A stretch of DNA of 64,000 nucleotides, taken from the NCBI GenBank assembly GCA_947631965.1, contig CANRNL010000006.1, positions 7,263 to 71,262 on the forward strand, read 5' to 3'. Numbering within the stretch: the first letter of the stretch is position 1; every line of letters begins with the position of its first letter. The notes below the pieces were generated by a model that made no database searches, had not been told where the DNA came from, and saw nothing but the letters and a program-made list of their open reading frames with translations. Of the stretch, positions 52,701 to 60,738 are shown piece after piece. Origin of the DNA: an uncultured Clostridia bacterium. Lineage in GTDB: Bacteria; Bacillota; Clostridia; Monoglobales; Monoglobaceae. Position numbers and translations under genes: made by a program.

Positions 52701-53062
52701 TAGGTGACGGCGACTGGTATCACGACACAATTTACCGCGCATCTGCGCTCGGTATTGTAAACGGTGTGGGCGACGGCAGCTTCGGCGTTAATGAGCCTAT
52801 ATCCCGTGAGGATATGATGGTTATGGCGTCCAGATTTATGGATGCTACCGGCGTGCAGGTAGAGGCTGTACGCGAGATGGATGCATTTACCGACAGCGCT
52901 GAGGTAAGCGATTACGCAACTCAGGCTATTGAGAAAATGTACTGTGCAGGTATTATTAACGGTATGGGCGACGGAAAGCTTGAGCCTAAGGGTGTTGCGA
53001 ACCGCGCGCAAGCCGCGAAAATAATTTATGAAATTATGGGAGGTAACAATGATGAGAAGTAA
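46739..53062 (+). CDS. 2107-aa multidomain surface protein. Domain order: signal peptide; acidic region; LamG-like module; 3 short Ig-like repeats; PL1-like pectate-lyase beta-helix; unknown region; 2 FN3; second LamG-like module; Ser/Pro linker; 3 C-terminal SLH repeats.
   Basis: The start is moved to MKGKMSRS after AGGAGG. The lyase region reads [33 protein letters not shown]...[13 protein letters not shown]...STQRSPRIT...AYNNVLFN. The Ig-like repeats are of the ITWESSN...VTLTATV type. FN3 region: [22 protein letters not shown]...[11 protein letters not shown]. The SLH tail reads [42 protein letters not shown], followed by further repeats. Confidence 0.88.
   Translation: [2107 protein letters not shown]
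52400..52435 (+). repeat. 18-bp in-frame tandem duplication in the Ser/Pro linker (SQSSEP x2)
   Basis: AGTCAGTCAAGCGAACCG is followed immediately by AGTCAGTCAAGCGAACCA. Confidence 0.8.
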
Positions 53063-55991
53063 TGTCAAAAAGATATTCGCGTTTTTAATCGCGTTATCTA
53101 TGGTATTCACTATGTCAGCCGTGTTTGTATACGCGGCTGACGAGGAAGTGCCTGCAGCCGACGCCGCACCCGCGGCTTCGGCAGAGGCAACGGCTGTACC
53201 CGATACGGAAGCGGCACCCGAAGCATCGGAAGCGACCGATGAGACTGCGGACGCTGCCGTTACGGACGAAGAGGCGGAAGCTATTTCAGAGGTTCTCGGT
53301 ACGACCGAACAGGTTACAAATCTTCCGAGCCTTGATTTGGAATATGCTTCTGAGTACAGATTTGTAAACGCACTCGGTATATTTGAATTTCTTGATGAGA
53401 ATTTCTGGCAGACCGAGCAGGTAACTCGTGCGCAGTTTGCGACTATCGTTGCTAAGATGATTAAGGCGCAGACCGAAGGCTATCCGCTTTACGACGCTTC
53501 GCCGTTTATCGATATCGACAGCAGCAACTTTGCTTATCCGGCAGTATGCTTCCTGACCGATATAGGAATTATCAACGGCGACGGAAACTCAACGTTCAGA
53601 CCGAACGACGCTATCACGGTTGCAGAGGCTACCAAGATGATTATGTGCGCTCTCGGATACAAAGAGGCGGCTGAAAACTATGCGGGCGGTTATCCCATGG
53701 GATACATCTCATACGCACAGATTTACAACGTATATGACGGACTTAACATTGCGGCAGGCGCTACCATTGACGCGCTTACAACCGGTAAGCTCGTTAAGAA
53801 CGCTTTGAGAGCGGAGCTTCTTGAAGGTGTTGTTTATACTCAGAGCGGTGTTGAGTACACATTTACCGGCAAATCGCTGCTGTCACAGACCTACAAGGTT
53901 GAGCAGGAGCACGGTATTGTAAACGGAACATATTATGCATATATTAACGACAACGAGATTGCCGAGAAAGACGAAGTTGATATTGCAGGTTCGATTTATC
54001 AGGTTGCGGAAGGAATCGACCCCGAACAGTACCTCGGTTATATAGTTGATTATTACTATATGACGGACGTCACCGGCGCAAAGCGTTATATAATTATTTA
54101 TATGGAGCCCAGAGAAGGACAAAACTCCATCGTAACAATTAACGCTCAGGATATATACAAGTTTGACAATAACCAAATAACCTATGCCGATGCAAAAACC
54201 AACAGAGAAAAGAAGATAACCGTTACAGAGAACACGGTTGTTGCTCTCAACGGTCAGCCTTATTACACCTATGCACAGGAAGACCTTAAACTAAAAGAAG
54301 GAAATATGACCATTATTTCTCATCACTCTCATGTCGGCGATGCTGATGTAGTACTTATTAACGAATTCTACGACGGCATTGTTGAGAGAGTTGCAAGCTC
54401 AAGCAAGCAGGTTATCTTTAAGAATAATTCGGGTGCATCGTCGACGCTCAAGCTTCCTACCCTTGTTCTCGACGACGAAGACGATTCTTACAGAGCAAGA
54501 CTTACCATGAACAATCAGGACGTTAAAGCGGACGACCTTGTAAAGGGCGATGTTATCACATACACCGTAAGCAAGGACGGAAGATATATCCGCGGATATG
54601 TTTCCAAGGACGAAGTTTATGATGTGGTAAAAGAAATAAAAACCGAAAAGACCGCGGCAGGCGAAGTTCAGAAGATTAAGGTTGGAGACGGTGAGTATTA
54701 TGTATCGAAATATTGTGTTGCAAATATCACCGCGGGAGCAACGCTTGACTTTGTAATCAGCTTTGACGGCAGAATTGTCGGCACAAAATCGACCGCGGCA
54801 AACGGCGGAAACTATGCGTTCCTTATTGCGGCAAGTATGGATTCCGACGAGTTTGACGACGCTCAAATTAAACTGAAGCTGTTCACAAAAGACGGCGAAG
54901 TTAAGATTTTTGACGGCGCTGACAAGATTAAGTCGAACATCGGCAACGAAATCAGAAATTACAAGGCTTCGGAGATTGTGGAACGTGCTAACGCATTTGC
55001 AAATCCGACACTGATTGTTTATGAGACAAACAGTGCGGGTCTTATCAAGACTCTCTATGTACCTGCCGACTACACTACGTCTTATAATCCGTACGACGAG
55101 CTTGGCTTCGGTAAGTATTATGAGAACAAGAGCGCAAGACTCAGCAACAGAATTATAGGAACCTGCGCTATCGACGACAGCACGGTTATCTTCAAGGTTC
55201 CGCTTATTGACAGAAATCGCGAGAGCGACTATCAGGTAACCGATATGGAAAGCCTTGAGAATGGCTCGTACAACGTTCAAATCTATGACATCGACAGAGG
55301 TATTGCCGGTGCTATGGTAATAACATACAGCGATGCAAGTTCATTGAGCGATACGGCAAATGTTCTTGTTGTTGATGAACTTATTACATCATATAATCCC
55401 GATACCGAAGAAACTCTTACTCAGATTAAGGGCTTCTCGGGCGGCAAAGAAGTAACATACACGATTGATGAGGATGTTACTATGTCCAGTACGGGCGGCG
55501 GTATAAATATACCTACGCTGATTACTGATGTTGAGAGGGGCGATGTAGTTCAGTATACTCTCGGCTCAAACGACTACATCAGTATTTACAGAGTGCTGTA
55601 TGATTACGGCAACGATGATTACAACTACTATTTCGAGTTTGATGAAGACTCTCAAGTGCGTGAGGTGCTTCCCAACAGCGATTTCTACGAAATATACGGC
55701 GAAATATTTGATGTATATGACTTCTATATACTTGTAAGCTCAAGAGTTGTCGGTAAGGATTACTGTGAGGTTGCTACTGACGGTGCTAAAAAAGATGATC
55801 CGGTAGTATTTACTGATGAGCTTAAATACAAGAAGGCTATTCCGACGACTAACGCAAACATCTATCAGTATGATGTTGAGAAGGATGAGCTCACGCTCTG
55901 CGACCAGTATGAGATTGAGCCGGAAAGCAAAGTATTTATCCATACCAAGAATATTGATGAGGTTGTGGACATACTCGTTATCAAAGAGTAA
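53049..55991 (+). CDS. S-layer-like surface protein: signal peptide, acidic/Ala-rich spacer, three SLH repeats, roughly 700-aa unknown region
   Basis: ATG 53049 lies 5 nt after GGAGG and overlaps the upstream stop (53060..53062) by 14 nt. Signal peptide MMRSNVKKIFAFLIALSMVFTMSAVFVYA. Third paralog of 2636..5641 and 42385..45225 (shared GIINGDGNSTFRPND..KMIMCALGY..GGYPMGY). Confidence 0.88.
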   Translation: MMRSNVKKIFAFLIALSMVFTMSAVFVYAADEEVPAADAAPAASAEATAVPDTEAAPEASEATDETADAAVTDEEAEAISEVLGTTEQVTNLPSLDLEYASEYRFVNALGIFEFLDENFWQTEQVTRAQFATIVAKMIKAQTEGYPLYDASPFIDIDSSNFAYPAVCFLTDIGIINGDGNSTFRPNDAITVAEATKMIMCALGYKEAAENYAGGYPMGYISYAQIYNVYDGLNIAAGATIDALTTGKLVKNALRAELLEGVVYTQSGVEYTFTGKSLLSQTYKVEQEHGIVNGTYYAYINDNEIAEKDEVDIAGSIYQVAEGIDPEQYLGYIVDYYYMTDVTGAKRYIIIYMEPREGQNSIVTINAQDIYKFDNNQITYADAKTNREKKITVTENTVVALNGQPYYTYAQEDLKLKEGNMTIISHHSHVGDADVVLINEFYDGIVERVASSSKQVIFKNNSGASSTLKLPTLVLDDEDDSYRARLTMNNQDVKADDLVKGDVITYTVSKDGRYIRGYVSKDEVYDVVKEIKTEKTAAGEVQKIKVGDGEYYVSKYCVANITAGATLDFVISFDGRIVGTKSTAANGGNYAFLIAASMDSDEFDDAQIKLKLFTKDGEVKIFDGADKIKSNIGNEIRNYKASEIVERANAFANPTLIVYETNSAGLIKTLYVPADYTTSYNPYDELGFGKYYENKSARLSNRIIGTCAIDDSTVIFKVPLIDRNRESDYQVTDMESLENGSYNVQIYDIDRGIAGAMVITYSDASSLSDTANVLVVDELITSYNPDTEETLTQIKGFSGGKEVTYTIDEDVTMSSTGGGINIPTLITDVERGDVVQYTLGSNDYISIYRVLYDYGNDDYNYYFEFDEDSQVREVLPNSDFYEIYGEIFDVYDFYILVSSRVVGKDYCEVATDGAKKDDPVVFTDELKYKKAIPTTNANIYQYDVEKDELTLCDQYEIEPESKVFIHTKNIDEVVDILVIKE

Positions 55992-56008
55992 TAAAACGGT
56001 TTGATTTT

Positions 56009-56042
56009 GCCAAAGCCGAACGTTATGTGTTCGGCTTTTGGC
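56009..56042 (+). terminator. strong hairpin between operon genes (partial terminator or RNA-processing/stability element)
   Basis: GCCAAAGCCGAAC-gttatgt-GTTCGGCTTTTGGC. There is no clean downstream U-tract, so termination is uncertain. Confidence 0.45.
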
Positions 56043-56082
56043 AGAATTAAATAAGGTTTTAAAAGCGAACGGAGGTTTGGAA

Positions 56083-58809
56083 ATGATAAAAAAATGCAGG
56101 TTTTTAGCCGGCTGTTTGACGCTTTCAATGATTTTTGCAAGCGCGGTACCCGCCGTTTTCGCGGAGGATGCGGCTGTGTCTGAGGACGAAACGACGGTTG
56201 TGGAAGCGGTAGATGAAATCTCTGACGAAGCTGTCGTTGATGAAGCGGTCGTTGACGAGAGCGAGGAAGTTGACGTCCTTTCGGAGGACGATGCGGATGT
56301 TTCGGTAGCGGCTGTTGATTACAGCGCGTGGGTTAAGGGCGATGCAAATGCTAATGACAACAGTCCCGGCGCTATCACGCCGAACGTTGAGTATAACGGC
56401 AAAGACGCGCTCTACATTGAAAACAGAAACGCATACACCGTTTTCCCTGAGCCTGTTACGGAGGGCAAAGTCACCTTTTCGCTGGATTTGTATCTCGAAA
56501 AGGGCGCAAGAAACTTCAGAGTTTATTTTGAAAATGCAGAGTCAACCTATACTAATAAAGACAATGTTTTTGCCGAGGTTATAAACAACGACAAAGAGGG
56601 CGCTGTTTACTTCGGACCCACGACTGAAGCTCATACTGACAACGCGCACAAGCTGTTTGACATTACGTCGGACGGCTGGTATCACTTTGATTTGGCTCTC
56701 GATTACGGTGAGCTTCAGGACGGCAGCGTTAGTGATAAATTTATCACAATAAATGCGACCGACGCAAACGGCAATCCGATGTGCGAAGAAATGACCATCG
56801 GTGCAATCAGCGGCAAAGATGTTTCTTTGAAGTCAATTCGTATAGTAAAGACCGTGAGCGGACTTTATGCCGCTAATATGACAATAGAGCAGGGCGGCGA
56901 TATGATTTTTGCCGAGAGCAGCAACTTTGCGGATGCGGAGCTTGGCGATAGCAATATCCCCTCTAACTGGACTATATCGGCGGGCGGCAACAATAAGGGC
57001 GAAATAGTTAATGATGACGAAAAGGGTCACGTCCTTATGCTTCAAAAGAATTATGACGACGATGAGCAGACAACTTCGAAAAGCGCTGTGTTTGCAAGAT
57101 ATAAGCTGAACAAGACTTACAGCGGCAATACCGAGATTGAGGCTGATATTAAGCTTACTTACGGCGGCAGAATCGGTATGTTCGCGGCAAGTCAGTCAAG
57201 CGAGACAAGCACATCTACTCTTTCCCCGAGACTTTTTGCTTGGAGTGATAATGATTTCCCGAGTATTTGCAATCACTATGAGGCGTATAACCCGACGAGC
57301 GCATCTTCGTCTAACAGAAATAAGAATAACGCGGTTCCTCCGATGAATACGTGGACGACATGGAAATTTGTCATAAACGGAAACGCGCTTACCTATGATG
57401 TATATATCGACGGTAATTTGATGTTCGAGGGGTTGAACGCGCAAAGTGATATGTTCAACGGAAATGTAGGTCAGGTAGGCTTCCAGATTCAGAGTGCGGA
57501 GGGTACTCTCGGAACCATTCTTGTTTCGGAAGTAAGAGTTTATAACGACTCTATTGTTGACCCCGAAAAGGAAAAGGCAAAAATCAACGCTGCGCTTGAC
57601 GGGATAACTCTTCCGACCGAGACAGCGGGTGAAGACATCATACTTCCCACTCAGGCGGCAGGACACGATATAGTATGGACGTCAAGCAATCCCGATGTTA
57701 TAGCTAATATCGGTGGTATCGGACGCGTTGTTCGCAAGGACTCCGTTATAGGAGACGTAGAAGTAGTTCTCACGGCTACCGTAACATATGAGGATATGAT
57801 TATCACGCGCGAATTTACGGTTAAGTCGATAGACAACCGTGACACGGATTCGCTTGTTAAGTCGCAGATTTTGACCGACCTTATGGACCTTGGTCTTACC
57901 AACGGCGAAACTCTTTACTCTGATATAGAGCTTCCCACCGTCGGCAGAACTTACGGCACGAAGATTTCCTGGATAACCAGCAACGCGTCGGTTATCTCGG
58001 CAAAAGGTAATGTTAAACGTCCTAACGTAATCGGCGCAAAGACGGTTACGCTGACCGCTGTCGGTGAGCTTGAAGGCACTAACGGACCCGTTAAGGAAAC
58101 ATATGCTTATACATTTAAGGTTGTCGGCAGAGGTTCGAGCAGCGTATCGAGCGGAGGCGGCGGAGGCGGATTTGTTGCCTATTCGCCGGGAACACCAACG
58201 AGCAACACCACTTCCACGGCTGCGCCGTCGGGCAACACGACGGACGAAAACGGAAACGGTACACAAGGCACGAGCAGCGTCGGATTTACAGACCTTGACA
58301 ATGTCGGCTGGGCTCAGGAGGCAATAGACTATATGTTCTCTAAGGGCTATGTTAACGGCGTTGGCGACGGAAAGTTTGCTCCGAACGATGCGGTAACGCG
58401 TGAGCAGTTCGTTAAGATGCTCGTTAACGTATTCGGTCTTGAGGCGGCTTCCGACAGTGCGGCATCGTTCTCGGACGTACAGCCCGGAGCTTGGTATGCA
58501 GAGTATGTAAATATTGCGGCAAGCCTCGGAATTGTTTCGGGTATGGGCGACGGCAGTTTTGGCGTAGGCACTCCGATTTCAAGACAGGATATGGCGGTTA
58601 TGATTGCCCGCTGCACCAATGTTGAGGGCGGCGACGCGGCAGAGTTCGCGGATGATTCGGCTATTTCCGACTATGCGGCGGACGCGGTACACGCTATGAA
58701 ATCGGCAGGTTATATTTCGGGCGACGAGAAAGGCAACTTCAACCCGAAGAACACCGCTACCCGTGCAGAAACCGCAACTGTTCTTTACAGAATTTCGGCA
58801 GGCAAATAA
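56083..58809 (+). CDS. 908-aa surface protein: signal peptide, acidic spacer, two LamG-like modules, two short Ig-like repeats, Gly/Ser/Thr linker, 3 C-terminal SLH repeats
   Basis: The start is moved to MIKKCRF after GGAGG. The module ending [53 protein letters not shown] parallels [50 protein letters not shown] in the 2107-aa protein. SLH tail: [42 protein letters not shown]... Confidence 0.88.
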   Translation: [908 protein letters not shown]

Positions 58810-58856
58810 ATTTTAAACCGATATTTTGTGATTTTTGCAAATCATAATTAAATTAA

Positions 58857-58895
58857 AGAGAAGCGTCACTTTGACGCTTCTCTTTTGCTTTTTTG
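58857..58895 (+). terminator. rho-independent terminator
   Basis: AGAGAAGCGTCA-ctt-TGACGCTTCTCT followed by TTTGCTTTTTT. Confidence 0.85.
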
Positions 58896-58964
58896 TGGGT
58901 GTACTCACGCAAAAACTCAAACAGAAACGGTAAAATTGGGTTTCAACCTTACCGTTTTTGGGAG

Positions 58965-58995
58965 TTTGTACGGGACGGCGCCCTCGACGTCCCGT
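58965..58995. repeat. solo copy of the ACGGGACG-GCGCCCTCGA-CGTCCCGT hairpin element
   Basis: TTTGTACGGGACGGCGCCCTCGACGTCCCGT is identical in its core to 46084..46112 and 46292..46320, and one base different from 14835..14863. Confidence 0.9.
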
Positions 58996-59019
58996 CCGCG
59001 TATAAGGCAAAAAATATTT

Positions 59020-59052
59020 AAAAAACAAAAATGCCCGCGTGGAACGCGGGCA
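59020..59052 (-). terminator. rho-independent terminator of the aminotransferase operon
   Basis: TGCCCGCG-tggaa-CGCGGGCA, with a minus-strand T-run from the A-tract at 59020..59031. Confidence 0.8.
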
Positions 59053-59074
59053 AAACAAACAAAGCAAAAAACTA

Positions 59075-60250
59075 TTATTTTAATTCTTCAATAAACTCAC
59101 CTATTCTGTCAAGTGCAACCTGTATATCCTTTACCGAATACGCGTAGGAACATCGTATGAAGCCCTCGCCGCTATCTCCGAAGGCATTTCCCGGCACAAC
59201 CGCTACTTTTTTTGAATAGAGTAGTTTTTCGCAGAAATCGTCGCTGTTTAATCCGGTTGAGCTTATGTTGGGGAAGCAGTAGAACGCGCCGAGCGGCTCG
59301 AAGCAGTGAAGCCCCATTTTATTAAAGCCGTCCACTATCATACGTCTGCGTCCGTCGTACTCCTCGCGCATCATCAAAATGTCGTCGTCGCCGTTTCGGA
59401 GCGCCTCTATCGCCGCGTACTGCGCGGTGGTGGGCGCGGACATTATCGCAAACTGATGCACCTTGGTCATAGCCTTAATAATATCGGGACAGCCGCAGGC
59501 GTAACCGAGCCTCCAGCCGGTCATCGCGTACGCCTTTGAAAATCCGCTCACTATTATGGTTTGGTCGTACATACCGTCGATTTCGGCTATCGAAATATGG
59601 CGGCTTTCGCCGTATGTAAGCTCGGCGTAAATCTCGTCCGAAAGCACAAAAATATCCTTGTCGCGTATTACCTCCGCGATTTCCTCAAGGTCTGACTTCT
59701 CCATAATCGCGCCGGTCGGGTTGTTCGGAAACGGCAGAACCAAAACCTTTGTATTCGGCGTTATCGCGGCGCGAAGCTCGTCCGCTTTCAGCCTGAAATT
59801 ATTTTCCTCTTTAAGCACTATCGGCACCGGCGTACCGCCCGCCAAACTCGTGAGCGGGGCATAGCACACAAAGCTCGGCTCCGGTATCAGCACCTCGTCG
59901 CCCTTTTCCAAAACGGTGCGCAAAAAGAGGTCTATCGCTTCGCTGCCGCCGACCGTAACAAGCACCTGGCTTAGTCCGTCGTACTCAAGATTGAAGCGGC
60001 GGCGCATATAGTTTGCAATCTCAATGCGAAGCTCTTTGAGTCCCGCGTTGGCGGTATAGTGCGTGTATCCCTTTTCGAGCGTGTATATACCTTCGTCGCG
60101 GATATGCCACGGGGTCACAAAGTCAGGCTCTCCCACGCCGAGCGAAACCGCGTCTTTCATTTCGGACGCAATTCCGAAGTATCGGCGTATGCCCGAAGGC
60201 TTTATGCCCGAAACCACGTCGTTTATATATTCCTTAGGAGGTTTCGTCAT
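59075..60250 (-). CDS. class I/II PLP-dependent aminotransferase (AlaT/YugH-like)
   Basis: 391 aa. IKPSGIRRYFGIASEMKDAVSLGVGEPDFVTP...SGFSKAYAMTGWRLGY (PLP lysine motif SKAY). Confidence 0.9.
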   Translation of the reverse strand: MTKPPKEYINDVVSGIKPSGIRRYFGIASEMKDAVSLGVGEPDFVTPWHIRDEGIYTLEKGYTHYTANAGLKELRIEIANYMRRRFNLEYDGLSQVLVTVGGSEAIDLFLRTVLEKGDEVLIPEPSFVCYAPLTSLAGGTPVPIVLKEENNFRLKADELRAAITPNTKVLVLPFPNNPTGAIMEKSDLEEIAEVIRDKDIFVLSDEIYAELTYGESRHISIAEIDGMYDQTIIVSGFSKAYAMTGWRLGYACGCPDIIKAMTKVHQFAIMSAPTTAQYAAIEALRNGDDDILMMREEYDGRRRMIVDGFNKMGLHCFEPLGAFYCFPNISSTGLNSDDFCEKLLYSKKVAVVPGNAFGDSGEGFIRCSYAYSVKDIQVALDRIGEFIEELK

Positions 60251-60738
60251 ATTGTGATTACCTCCCTGTCGTCCTTATTTTCGGATTTAAACATAACTCC
60301 GCGCTCCTTGTACTTTTTAAGCACAAAATGCGTAGCCGTGCTTATGACCGCCTCCATTGACGCAAGGTGGTCTGCCACAAAGAAAGCGATTTCTTTCATA
60401 GTCTTTCCCTCAACCACAAGCGCGAGGTCGTAACCGCCGCTCATCAGGTACAGCGACTTGACCTGCGGATACTGATAGATGCGCTCGGCAATTCTGTCAA
60501 AGCCCAAATTGCGGTGCGGGGTAACTTTAAGCTCGATGATTGCGTTCACGTTCTCCCACTGAGTGCGCTCCCAGTTTATAATCGCGCTCTTTCCGACTAT
60601 AATCTGCTGCTTTTTAAGCTCGTCAATGGTTTCGGCAACTTCGGCGGCTGTGGCGCCCAGCATTGCCGCGGCGGTTTCAAGTGAGATTTCGCCGTCCTTT
60701 TCAAGGAGTTCAAGCAATTTTTCGGAATTTTCAATCAT
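60247..60738 (-). CDS. Lrp/AsnC-family transcriptional regulator (AlaR/YugG-like)
   Basis: N-terminal HTH and a C-terminal AsnC-type effector domain (AIIELKVTPHRNLGFDRIAERIYQYPQVKSLYLMSGGYDLALVVEG). 4-nt overlap with the aminotransferase start. Confidence 0.88.
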   Translation of the reverse strand: MIENSEKLLELLEKDGEISLETAAAMLGATAAEVAETIDELKKQQIIVGKSAIINWERTQWENVNAIIELKVTPHRNLGFDRIAERIYQYPQVKSLYLMSGGYDLALVVEGKTMKEIAFFVADHLASMEAVISTATHFVLKKYKERGVMFKSENKDDREVITI

